From Candidatus Melainabacteria bacterium (lineage in GTDB: Bacteria; Actinomycetota; Actinomycetes; Mycobacteriales; Pseudonocardiaceae): a DNA stretch of 64,000 nt. Positions within the stretch are counted from its first letter, which is position 1. The number at the start of each line of letters is the position of its first letter. Made by a program: the position numbers and the translations under genes. Under the pieces are notes generated by a model that saw only the letters and a list, made by a program, of their open reading frames with translations, did no database searches and was not told the DNA's origin. Shown piece by piece: positions 37,385 through 46,558 of the stretch. Location of the stretch: contig CAVWRF010000015.1 in the NCBI GenBank assembly GCA_963757325.1, positions 9,010 through 73,009 on the forward strand, read 5' to 3'.

Positions 37385-38106
37385 AACCCGTCGTGGCGCG
37401 TCGTGCCCCGTTGCGCAACATCGCGGGGCGAGGACCATGGCTCGCCACGGCGTACCTGCTCAGTTACCTGCCGGTCGGCCTGGCGCTCTTCGGTCTCGGC
37501 CTGGTCGTGGCGGTGGCCTGCCTGGTGCCGGCCATCACCTGGCTCGGCCTGCCGTTGGTGGTCGGCGCGGCGGCGCTGGCCAGGGGAGCGTCGCACGTCG
37601 AACGGCGGCGGGCGCTGCTGGTCGGCCAGCGGATCGAACCCGCGCCCCACAGCCCGGTCGGGCCCGGACTGTCGGCGAAGGTTCGATCCGCGTTGCGGGA
37701 CCCCGGCACCTGGCGGGCCTTCGCCTACGTGCTGCCGATGTTCCCGTTGCTGTTCCTGATGGACATGGGCGTCCTGGTGCTGTGGGCGTTCATCCTCGCC
37801 GGCGTTGCCCTGCCGGTCTGGTACTGGTCGGTGCCACTGCGACTGCCCGACGGCACCCGTGCGCACGGGCTGTGGTTGGGCTACCCGGTGGACAACCTGC
37901 CGGTCGCGCTGCTGACCGCGCTCGGGTTCGCCGTGCTGGCGCTGGCCATGGCGTACCTGGTGATCGGCGCCGCGCTGCTGCACAGGGCGGTCGCCAGGGG
38001 ACTGCTGGGACCACGGCTGGATCCGCTGCGGGAGGCGAAGCGGATGCTGGCCGAACCGGGCCCGCTGACCCCGCACGGCCTGCTCGACGCCACGACAGAT
38101 CTGTAG
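37381..38106 (+). CDS. Integral membrane protein with putative-sensor-type domain
   Basis: Four or more hydrophobic segments. The architecture resembles the N-terminal sensor domains of actinobacterial histidine kinases. Translationally coupled to the upstream gene. Confidence 0.55.
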   Translation: MKPVVARRAPLRNIAGRGPWLATAYLLSYLPVGLALFGLGLVVAVACLVPAITWLGLPLVVGAAALARGASHVERRRALLVGQRIEPAPHSPVGPGLSAKVRSALRDPGTWRAFAYVLPMFPLLFLMDMGVLVLWAFILAGVALPVWYWSVPLRLPDGTRAHGLWLGYPVDNLPVALLTALGFAVLALAMAYLVIGAALLHRAVARGLLGPRLDPLREAKRMLAEPGPLTPHGLLDATTDL

Positions 38107-38245
38107 CACACGCGATCCGCGGCACAGCCGCGCCGACCCGATCGTGTGGCACCACCGCGCTTCGACTGCTCCGGTGGTCGGTCCGCGCTGCCGGAGATTC
38201 CCGAGAGCAAGGAGATTCGTCATGCGCTCGAAAGAGGAGCGGCCG

Positions 38246-39013
38246 ATGACCGACGATGTGCTGCGACTGCAGGACGTCCGCAAGGTGTACGGGCGGTCGC
38301 GCAACAGCGTCCAGGCATTGGCAGGCGTGACACTCGGCTTCCGCCGCAACACCTTCACCGCGGTGATGGGGCCGTCCGGTTCGGGCAAGAGCACGTTCCT
38401 GCACTGCGCGGCGGGCCTCGACCGGCCGACGTCGGGCAGTGTGTGGCTGGACGGCGAGAACCTGACGGCGATGAGCGAACGCTCGCTGACGAAGCTGCGC
38501 CGGGACCGGATCGGGTTCGTGTTCCAGGACTTCAACCTGTTACCCGCGCTGAACGCGACGGAGAACATCACGCTGCCGCTGCGGCTGGCCGGCAGACGGC
38601 CGGATCGCAAGCTGGTCAACGAGGTCATCGAGCGCACCGGTCTGACGTCGCGCCGCAAGCACCGTCCGGGCGAACTGTCCGGCGGTCAACAGCAGCGTGT
38701 CGCGATCGCCCGCGCGCTGGTCACCCGGCCGGTCATGCTGTTCGGTGACGAGCCGACCGGCGCCCTGGACACCCAGACGGCACTGGAGATCCTGCAGTTG
38801 CTGCGCCAGGCCGTGAACACCGGCGGCCAGACCGCGGTGATCGTGACGCACGACCCGGTCGCCGCGTCGCACGCCGATCGCGTCGTGTTCCTCGTGGACG
38901 GTCAGGTGTCCGGGGAACTGGAGCGGCCGACCGTCGAGCAGGTGGCCGAGCAGATGACGCAACTCGGTGCGTGGGCCAGGATGCGGCGCGCGGACACGGA
39001 GCGGGTGAACTGA
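38246..39013 (+). CDS. ABC transporter ATP-binding protein (MacB/LolD type)
   Basis: Walker [11 protein letters not shown]-loop FVFQDFNLLP, signature [15 protein letters not shown], Walker [13 protein letters not shown]. Confidence 0.9.
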   Translation: MTDDVLRLQDVRKVYGRSRNSVQALAGVTLGFRRNTFTAVMGPSGSGKSTFLHCAAGLDRPTSGSVWLDGENLTAMSERSLTKLRRDRIGFVFQDFNLLPALNATENITLPLRLAGRRPDRKLVNEVIERTGLTSRRKHRPGELSGGQQQRVAIARALVTRPVMLFGDEPTGALDTQTALEILQLLRQAVNTGGQTAVIVTHDPVAASHADRVVFLVDGQVSGELERPTVEQVAEQMTQLGAWARMRRADTERVN

Positions 39014-41577
39014 TGTTACGCCTGGCACTGAAGATCCTGGCTCGCCGCAAGGGCGGCTTCCTCGCGACACTGGTCGCGCTGTTCGTCGGCGCCGTCGTCG
39101 TGCAGGCCTGTGGTGGCCTGCTGGAGACCGGAATCCTGGCGCACGTCAAGGCGGAACGGCTGGCCGCCGCTCCGGTCGTGGTGACCGGCAGCCAGGACTA
39201 CCCGGGCCACCCGGTCGGTTCCGGCACCAACCCGCTGACCGAGCGCGTGCTGCTGGACGCGAACCTGGTCGACGCCGTGGCGAGGGTGCCCGGCGTGACG
39301 TCCGCGGTGCCGGACTTCTCGGTGCCGATCACGTCGCTGGGCGGCCAGCCGGCCACCGCGTTCGGGCACGGCTGGTCCACCGCGCGGCTCTCGCCCTACC
39401 ACCTGGTCGCCGGCAACGAGCCGAGCGGCTCCGGTGACGTCGTGGTGGACAGCGCGACCGCGAGCCGGTTCGGGTTGCGTCCCGGGTCACCGGTGCGGGT
39501 CGCCGTGCGCGGCACGCCGCAGGACTTCCGGGTCAGCGGCGTCGCCGAGAGCGCGACCGCGACGCAGTCGACGCTGCTGTTCTCCGACGACGAGGCGAGC
39601 CGGCTCTACGACCGGCCCGGCAAGATCGACGACATCGCGGTGTTCGCGGCACCGGGCACCGACGGGCAGGCGCTGTCCGACCGGATCTCCTCGGCGATCG
39701 CGCACCGCGACGCCCAGGTGCTCTACGGCGACGGGCGCGGCCTGGCCGAGTTCCCCGAGGCGATCAGCGGCTCGCAGAACCTGATCCCGCTGGCCGCCGC
39801 GTTCGGCGGCCTGGCGACGCTGGTCGCGATCTTCGTGGTCGGCAGCATCGTGGGCCTGCTGATGCAGCAGCGCCGCCGGGAGATGGCGCTGATGCGCACG
39901 GTCGGCCTGACACCGGGCCAGCTGCGCCGCATGGTGATGACCGAGACGTTCGTGATCGCGGTGATCGCGGCGGTCCTGTCGCTGCTGCCGGGCCTGGCGT
40001 TCGGCCACATCATGTACTCGATCCTGGTCGACCAGGGCCTGATCCCCGGCGTGATGGTGTTCAGCGAGGGCTTCATCCCGAAGCTCGCCGGTTTCGGTGT
40101 CACCCTGATCGCCGCGCTGGTGGCCGCGTTCGTCGCGTCGCGCCGGGTGTCGAAGGTGCGGCCGACCGAGGCGCTGGCCGAGGCGACGCTGCAGACCCGT
40201 TGGGTCAGCCCGATCCGTGCCGTCCTGGCCGTGCTGTGCCTTGGTGGTGCGACCGCACTGGCGATCGTGACCGCGTCGGTGATGACCGGTCCGGTCGCGG
40301 CGAGCACGTCGGCGCCCGCCGCGATGCTGTGGGCGATCGGCGTCGCACTGGTGGCACCAGGTCTGTGCCGGTGGCTGGCGGGCCTGCTGCGTTACCCGGT
40401 CGGCATGTTCACCGGTGTGCCGGGGCGGTTGGCGATGCTGAACGCGTCGGTGCGCAAGGTCCGGCTCGCCGCAGCCGTCACGCCGATCATGCTGGTGACC
40501 GGCCTGGCCACTGCCCTGATCTACCTCCAGACCAGCCAGGACGACGCCAGCCGGCAGGTGTTCGTGGACAGCCTGAAGGCCGATGCCGTCGTCAGCTCGC
40601 AGACCGGCGCGCTGCCACCATCCCTTGTGGACCGTATCGCCGGGCTGCCTCAGGTGGCCGGTGCGTCGGCGTCGCTGTCCGGCGAGGGACACCTGGAGAC
40701 CGAGGTCGGTCCGGGCAGGGATCTCAACGGCGACGTGGTGAACCAGCGGGTCGCGCCGACCCGCATCCAGTTGCAGGGCGTCACGGCGGCGGGCGCGACG
40801 CAGACGATCGCGAAACCGGCCGTGCAGGGCGACTACGGCGACCTGACCGGTGACAGCATCGTGCTGCCGACCGGCGTGATGGCCGACAGCGGCAAGCACG
40901 TCGGCGACCAGGTGGCGCTGCGCTGGGGTGACGGCGAGTCGGACACGATGCGGGTGGTCGGATCGTTCACACCGCCGCGCGGTTTCGACTCCGCGCTGGT
41001 GCCGGCGGACATGCTGTTGCGCCACACCACGACCGGCACGCTGCCGCAGATCCTGGTGAAGGCTCGGCCCGGTGTGTCGTCCGCCGATCTGACGGCCGCG
41101 CTGACCGGGGCGACGCAGGGCGTGCCCGGTGCCGTGGTGGCCGACCGTGCCGCGGCGACGGCTGAGTACGCGCACACCGACCAGACCGGCAGGGTCGCCA
41201 GCTTCCTGTTGGCCGCCATCGTGGTCGGCTACGCGGTGATCGCGCTGATCAACTCGCTGATCGTGGCGACGGCCGAACGCCGCAGGGAGTTCGCGCTGCA
41301 GCGGCTGATCGGCTCGACCCGCGGCCAGGTGATGCGGATGATGTCGGTGGAGGCACTGGTGACGGCGGTGGTCGGCATCATCCTCGGCACGGCCGTCGCG
41401 GCGGGCGCGCTGATCCCGTTCGGCATCGCCCTGGACGGCTCGGTACTGCCCAGCGGACCGGCGTGGATCTACCCGCTGATCCTGTTCGCCGCTGTGGCAC
41501 TGACGTTCGCGACCATCCTGTTCCCGACGTCGGTGGCGCTGCGCGCCGCGCCCGTGGAGGCAGCGGTCGCCACGTGA
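39013..41577 (+). CDS. ABC transporter permease with two FtsX domains
   Basis: ATG overlaps the TGA of the ATPase gene. 854 aa with two blocks of TM helices separated by large extracytoplasmic regions. Codon 2 is TTA. Confidence 0.85.
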   Translation: MLRLALKILARRKGGFLATLVALFVGAVVVQACGGLLETGILAHVKAERLAAAPVVVTGSQDYPGHPVGSGTNPLTERVLLDANLVDAVARVPGVTSAVPDFSVPITSLGGQPATAFGHGWSTARLSPYHLVAGNEPSGSGDVVVDSATASRFGLRPGSPVRVAVRGTPQDFRVSGVAESATATQSTLLFSDDEASRLYDRPGKIDDIAVFAAPGTDGQALSDRISSAIAHRDAQVLYGDGRGLAEFPEAISGSQNLIPLAAAFGGLATLVAIFVVGSIVGLLMQQRRREMALMRTVGLTPGQLRRMVMTETFVIAVIAAVLSLLPGLAFGHIMYSILVDQGLIPGVMVFSEGFIPKLAGFGVTLIAALVAAFVASRRVSKVRPTEALAEATLQTRWVSPIRAVLAVLCLGGATALAIVTASVMTGPVAASTSAPAAMLWAIGVALVAPGLCRWLAGLLRYPVGMFTGVPGRLAMLNASVRKVRLAAAVTPIMLVTGLATALIYLQTSQDDASRQVFVDSLKADAVVSSQTGALPPSLVDRIAGLPQVAGASASLSGEGHLETEVGPGRDLNGDVVNQRVAPTRIQLQGVTAAGATQTIAKPAVQGDYGDLTGDSIVLPTGVMADSGKHVGDQVALRWGDGESDTMRVVGSFTPPRGFDSALVPADMLLRHTTTGTLPQILVKARPGVSSADLTAALTGATQGVPGAVVADRAAATAEYAHTDQTGRVASFLLAAIVVGYAVIALINSLIVATAERRREFALQRLIGSTRGQVMRMMSVEALVTAVVGIILGTAVAAGALIPFGIALDGSVLPSGPAWIYPLILFAAVALTFATILFPTSVALRAAPVEAAVAT

Positions 41578-41658
41578 CCACGGTCGGCCGGGCTCCCCTC
41601 AGCTCGGCCGGACCGGTCCCGTGCGGCAGGCCCGGGGTTGGTGAGCCTGCGGCACGAA

Positions 41659-41697
41659 GCCGCGGCGGCAGGCACGTCCCCGGCCTGCCGCCGCGGC
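41659..41697 (+). terminator. GC-rich hairpin after the permease gene
   Basis: Perfect 15-bp inverted repeat GCCGCGGCGGCAGGC / GCCTGCCGCCGCGGC with a 9-nt loop. No U-tract. Confidence 0.5.
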
Positions 41698-41823
41698 CTG
41701 TTCCCAGCTCGTGCCGGGTGGTGGCCGCCGCGGTGACCGGTCGGACACGGTCCGCTCGGGTAGTCTGGCGCATGTTCACATCGTGAACGTGTGTTCGGAC
41801 ATTGATCACCAGGCGGAGGCCCC

Positions 41824-42621
41824 GTGACGAAATCGACGCGGCCACCGGACGCCGCCTACGCCGAGCGCGGTGACCAGGCCGAGATCCAGGCGGTGAGCCG
41901 GGTCAGCCAGATCCTGTCGCTGTTCGAGCCCGCCACGCCGGAGGTGACCGCGACGCAGGTCGCCGAGCGGCTCGGCCTCAACCGCACCACCGCGTACCGG
42001 TACTGCACGTCGCTGGTCTCGGCAGGACTGCTGGAACGCGGCTCGGACGGCGGTTACGCGCCCGGCCGGCTGCTGTTGCAGCTCGGTGCGTTCGCGATCG
42101 GCAACCGGCGCGTCATCCAACTCGCGCCACGGCACATGCAGGCGCTGGCCCGCGCCACCGGGACCAGTGTCGTGCTCAGCCTCTGGGGCCTGACCGGCCC
42201 GGTGGTCTCCCGCGTCGAGGACACCATCTCCACGGTCGTCGTGTCCGTCCGGGTCGGCAGTCACCTGCCGCTGGACACCGCGCAGAGCAAGGTGTTCCTC
42301 GCCTACCACGCCGATCAGCTGGCCATGGAGCGGTTGCTGGCCAACCTGCCCGGCCCCGTCCTGGCCGACCTGCGGGCCGACGTCGAGCGGGTGCGTGCGG
42401 TCGGCCACTGCTCGGCGATGAGCACGCCCGGTGTGGTCGCCGTGGCCGCGCCGGTGTTCGGCGAGTCCGGCATCTGCGCGACGCTGGCCATCGTCGGCCC
42501 CGACAACACGCTGTCGATGTCGGATGACGCCGCCGAGCTGCGGGTCGTCGTCGACACGGCGCGTGAGCTGACCCGTGAGCTGGGCGGCCACTACCGGCCG
42601 GACGACGTCGTGGCGGGGTGA
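41824..42621 (+). CDS. IclR-family transcriptional regulator
   Basis: VSRVSQILSLFEP...TATQVAERLGLNRTTAYRYCTSLVSAGLLER, followed by an IclR effector domain. Confidence 0.85.
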   Translation: MTKSTRPPDAAYAERGDQAEIQAVSRVSQILSLFEPATPEVTATQVAERLGLNRTTAYRYCTSLVSAGLLERGSDGGYAPGRLLLQLGAFAIGNRRVIQLAPRHMQALARATGTSVVLSLWGLTGPVVSRVEDTISTVVVSVRVGSHLPLDTAQSKVFLAYHADQLAMERLLANLPGPVLADLRADVERVRAVGHCSAMSTPGVVAVAAPVFGESGICATLAIVGPDNTLSMSDDAAELRVVVDTARELTRELGGHYRPDDVVAG

Positions 42622-42707
42622 TCGGTACCACATCGGAGCACCCAGTGGGTTGACGTCCGGTCGTATAGTGAACAGCGACTTCACAATGCGAACGAAGGGC
42701 GGTTCCG

Positions 42708-43631
42708 GTGAGCCAGAGTCCCGCCGTCATGTCCGATCCGGGAACCGCCGGGCACACCTGGCCGGCCAGCGCGCTGTCCATCACCGAACTCGACGGCCTC
42801 GACCGCGCGGGCGCCGTGCGCTTCCTGCGCCACCTCCAGGACAGCGGCCACCGGATGGTCTGGATTCCCGAGGTGGCGGGCCGGGAGGCGTTCACCACCG
42901 CGAGCCTCGCGCTCGGCGCGACCGACCGGTTGATCGTCGGCAACGGCGTCGCCCGCGCGCTGGAACGGATTCCGAAGTCCGCGGCGTCGGCGGCCCAGGA
43001 CCTCGCAGGCGACTTTCCCGGCCGCTACGTGCTCGGTCTGGGCGTCAGCGGCGCGGTGCGGGAGCGCGGCATCGGCCCGCTGCCGTTCCTGCGCGACTAC
43101 CTCGACGGCGTCGACGAGACCATCCGACGCCGTGGCGGTGACCGGGCCGACGTGCCGCGCGTGCTCGGCGCGTATTCGGCGGGGATCACCAAGCTGGCCG
43201 CCGAACGCGCCGACGGGCTGATCACGTTCCTCGTCACGCCCGAGCACACCCGATGGGCCCGCGAGACGGTCGGCCCCGACCTGTTCCTGTCCGTCGTGCA
43301 GTGGGCCGTCGTCGGCCGGGACCGCGCGTCGGCACGGGAGGTCGTACGCGGACGCCTCGCGTACTACCTGACCCTGCCGCACCAGATCGCGAAACTGACC
43401 CGGCTCGGGTTCACCGAGGCCGATCTCGCGCCGCCCGGCTCCGACCGGATGATCGACGCGCTCGTCGCGTGCGGCACGCCCGACCAGGTGGCAGAAGCGC
43501 TGCGGCAGCAGTACGACGCGGGCGCGACGCAGGTCGCGATCAGCCTGGTCGGCCCGCTGGACGACGCGAAACGCGACGCGTACCGGGCGCTCGCACCGAC
43601 ACGGGACACGGCCGGCGAGGAGGAGAACTGA
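42708..43631 (+). CDS. Luciferase-like (LLM-class, probably F420-dependent) oxidoreductase
   Basis: MVWIPEVAGREAFTTASLALGATDRLIVGNGVA...YVLGLGVSG is typical of the LLM class. Confidence 0.7.
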   Translation: MSQSPAVMSDPGTAGHTWPASALSITELDGLDRAGAVRFLRHLQDSGHRMVWIPEVAGREAFTTASLALGATDRLIVGNGVARALERIPKSAASAAQDLAGDFPGRYVLGLGVSGAVRERGIGPLPFLRDYLDGVDETIRRRGGDRADVPRVLGAYSAGITKLAAERADGLITFLVTPEHTRWARETVGPDLFLSVVQWAVVGRDRASAREVVRGRLAYYLTLPHQIAKLTRLGFTEADLAPPGSDRMIDALVACGTPDQVAEALRQQYDAGATQVAISLVGPLDDAKRDAYRALAPTRDTAGEEEN

Positions 43632-44572
43632 TGCGCACAGCCGAGAAGGTCATCATCACGACGGCGATCACGGGTTCGGTGAACGTGCCCTCGCAGAGTC
43701 CCTACCTTCCGCTGTCCGCGGAGCAGGTGAGCCAGGCGGCTTTGGAGGCGATCGAGGCGGGGTCGGCGATCGTGCACCTGCACGCCAGGCAACCCGACGG
43801 CAGGCCGTCGTTCGAGCCGGAGGTCTTCGAGGAGATCCTCGAGCCGATCACCGCGAACACCGACGTTGTCGTCAACATCACCACCGGCGGCGCGTCGTCG
43901 ATGACGATGGACCAGCGGCTGGCCGCCGCCATGCACATCAAGCCCGAGATCGCGTCGATGAACATGGGCACGATGAACTTCGTCTTCTCGGGCATCGCGG
44001 ACAAGGTGACGGAGTGGCGCCACGACTGGGAGCGGCCCTACGTGCTGAACACGTACTCCCACCCCTTCGTCAACACGTTCGACCGCATCGAGGACACGCT
44101 GCGCACGCTCGGCGCGCACGGCACCAGGTTCGAGTACGAGTGCTACGACATCGGCCACCTGTACTCGCTGGCGTACTTCGTGGACAAGGGCCTGGCCAAG
44201 CCACCGCTGCTGATCCAGGGCGTGTTCGGTGTCCTCGGCGGCATCGGTGCCGACCACGCGAACCTCGAACACATGGTGCGGATCGCCGACAAGCTGTTCG
44301 GCGACGACTACTACTTCTCCGCCTTCGCCGGTGGCCGCGACCAGTTGCAGTTCTGCACGCACAGCGCGTGGCTCGGCGGGCACGTCCGCGTCGGCCTTGA
44401 GGACAGCCTCTGGATCGCCAGGGGTGAGCTGGCGAAGAGCAACGCGGAGCAGGTCCGCAAGGTGCGCGCCGTCGTCGAGGACATGGGCAAGCAGATCGCC
44501 ACACCGGCCGAAGCGCGCGCGATGCTCGCGTTGCGTGGCAACGGCACGACCGAGGGGAGCATGGCATCATGA
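43631..44572 (+). CDS. BKACE-family enzyme (3-keto-5-aminohexanoate cleavage enzyme-like, DUF849)
   Basis: VIITTAITGSVNVPSQSPYLPLSAEQVSQAALEAIEAGSAIVHLHAR...VVNITTGG...MNMGTMNF. The ATG overlaps the upstream TGA. Confidence 0.8.
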   Translation: MRTAEKVIITTAITGSVNVPSQSPYLPLSAEQVSQAALEAIEAGSAIVHLHARQPDGRPSFEPEVFEEILEPITANTDVVVNITTGGASSMTMDQRLAAAMHIKPEIASMNMGTMNFVFSGIADKVTEWRHDWERPYVLNTYSHPFVNTFDRIEDTLRTLGAHGTRFEYECYDIGHLYSLAYFVDKGLAKPPLLIQGVFGVLGGIGADHANLEHMVRIADKLFGDDYYFSAFAGGRDQLQFCTHSAWLGGHVRVGLEDSLWIARGELAKSNAEQVRKVRAVVEDMGKQIATPAEARAMLALRGNGTTEGSMAS

Positions 44573-45339
44573 CGACGCCGACCGGCGGGAAACTGTTGGC
44601 GGGCAAGGTGGTTCTCCTCGTCGGCGCGAGCGCGGGAATCGGCGCCGACGCCGCCCGCGTGTTCGCGGGGGACGGCGCCGCGCTGATGCTGGTAGCCCGC
44701 ACCAAGGGCCCGCTGGCCGACATCACCGACGAGCTGAGCGCCGCGGGCCACGACGTCGCCTACACCACCGGTGACGTGTCGGACGCCGCGGACGTCGCCG
44801 CGTTCGTCGACGCGACCGTGACCCGGTTCGGCAGGCTGGACGGAGCGTTCAACAACGCGGCCATGACGCAGGGCGGGCGGCTGGACTCGGTGCCGGAGCA
44901 GGACTTCGACCGGATCATGGCCGTCAACGTGAAGGGCACGTGGCTGTGCATCCGCGAGGAGGTGCGCGTCATGCAACTGCGGGGCTCCGGGTCGATCGTC
45001 AACATGAGCAGCATCGGGGGCCTGCGCGGCAGTTCCGGCATGGGTGCCTACCAGGCCACCAAGCACGCCGTCATCGGCCTGACCAGGACGGCGGCACACG
45101 ACTTCGGGCCGCTGGGCATCCGCGTGAACGTGATCGCCCCCGGTCCGACGGAGACGCCGATGCTCGCGCGGACGCGGCTGGCCATCCCCGGCGGTGTCGA
45201 GGCGCGGATCGCGGCCACACCGCTGCGCAAGGCGGGTACCGGGGCGGAAGTCGCTGCCGCCGCGTCATTCCTGTTCAGCGACCGGGCCGGCCACGTCAGC
45301 GGGGTCGTGCTGCCGCTCGACGGAGGATTCAGTGCCTGA
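44569..45339 (+). CDS. Short-chain dehydrogenase/reductase (SDR)
   Basis: VGASAGIGAD (TGxxxGxG-like), NNAAM, and SS...YQATKHAV (YxxxK). Confidence 0.85.
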   Translation: MTTPTGGKLLAGKVVLLVGASAGIGADAARVFAGDGAALMLVARTKGPLADITDELSAAGHDVAYTTGDVSDAADVAAFVDATVTRFGRLDGAFNNAAMTQGGRLDSVPEQDFDRIMAVNVKGTWLCIREEVRVMQLRGSGSIVNMSSIGGLRGSSGMGAYQATKHAVIGLTRTAAHDFGPLGIRVNVIAPGPTETPMLARTRLAIPGGVEARIAATPLRKAGTGAEVAAAASFLFSDRAGHVSGVVLPLDGGFSA

Positions 45340-46558
45340 CCGGCTGGGCACACTGCGGCTGCCGGCGCGGGTCCACTTCGGTTACGGCGCCCGCACCCAA
45401 CTGCCGGAGGTCACCGCCGTGCACGGCAGGCGGGTGCTCGCCGTCATCGACCCGTTCCTCGCCGGCACGCCGTTGTTCGCCGGCATCACGGATTCGCTGG
45501 CCGCCGCCGGGCTGGAGGTGCGGACGTATTCGGACATCACGCCGGAACTGCCCGTCGACACGCTGGACGCGGGCGCGGCGCTGGCGCGGGAGTACGCGGT
45601 CGAGGTCGTCCTCGCGATCGGTGGCGGCAGCGCGCTGGACGCGGCGAAGCTGATCGCGCTGCTGTCCGTGCACGACGGTCCGCCGAGCCGGTACTACGGC
45701 GAGAACCTCGTGCCGGGCCCGGTCGTGCCGATCGTGGCCGTGCCGACGACGGCCGGCACCGGTTCGGAGGTGACGCCGGTCGCTGTCGTGTCCGATCCGG
45801 ATCGTGACCTCAAGGTCGGTGTGTCCAGCCCGTTCCTGGTGCCGGCGGCCGCCGTCGTCGACCCCGAGCTGACACTGGGCGCACCGGCGACGGTGACGGC
45901 GTACTCCGGCATCGACGCGCTGGTGCACGCGGTCGAGTCCTACACGGCACGGCCGCTGGACCTGGACTGGGCCGCGCCGCTGCCGGTGTTCACCGGTCGC
46001 AACGCGCTGGCCGAACCGGTCGCGCTGCGTGCCGCTCGGTTGCTCGGGCCGTGGCTCGAAGTGGCCGTGCGGGAGCCCGGCCACCGGCAGGCGCGGCGCG
46101 AGGTCGCGCTGGGCTCGCTGTTGGCCGGGATCGCGTTCGGGTCCACCGGAACACACCTGTGCCATGCCGTCCAGTACCCGATCGGGGCGATGACCAGGAC
46201 GCCGCACGGCCTGGGCACGGGCCTGCTGCTGCCGTACGCGATCGACGTCCTGCGGGTCGATCCTGTCGTCGCCGAGCGGCTCGCCGACCTGGACGCGGCC
46301 CTTGAGGGTGTGCCGGCGGGTGAGGCGTCCGCCGAGCGGCTACTGGCCGGGGTCGTCGAGATCAACGCCGCCATCGGGGTGCCGGCGACACTGGCCGAGA
46401 TCGGCATCGAACGCGACCAACTGCCCAGAATCGCCGAGCTGGCAACGCGATCAGCCCGACTGCTGGCGATCGCGCCGGTCGAGCCGACGCGGGAACTGCT
46501 GCTCGATCTGCTCCAGCGTGCCTATGCTGGGGTCCTTGACGATCGGAGCGCCGCATGA
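45332..46558 (+). CDS. Iron-containing alcohol dehydrogenase
   Basis: GTG 45332 follows GGAGGA. VLAIGGGSALDAAK, VPTTAGTGSEVT and GIDALVHAVES motifs. Confidence 0.8.
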   Translation: MPDRLGTLRLPARVHFGYGARTQLPEVTAVHGRRVLAVIDPFLAGTPLFAGITDSLAAAGLEVRTYSDITPELPVDTLDAGAALAREYAVEVVLAIGGGSALDAAKLIALLSVHDGPPSRYYGENLVPGPVVPIVAVPTTAGTGSEVTPVAVVSDPDRDLKVGVSSPFLVPAAAVVDPELTLGAPATVTAYSGIDALVHAVESYTARPLDLDWAAPLPVFTGRNALAEPVALRAARLLGPWLEVAVREPGHRQARREVALGSLLAGIAFGSTGTHLCHAVQYPIGAMTRTPHGLGTGLLLPYAIDVLRVDPVVAERLADLDAALEGVPAGEASAERLLAGVVEINAAIGVPATLAEIGIERDQLPRIAELATRSARLLAIAPVEPTRELLLDLLQRAYAGVLDDRSAA

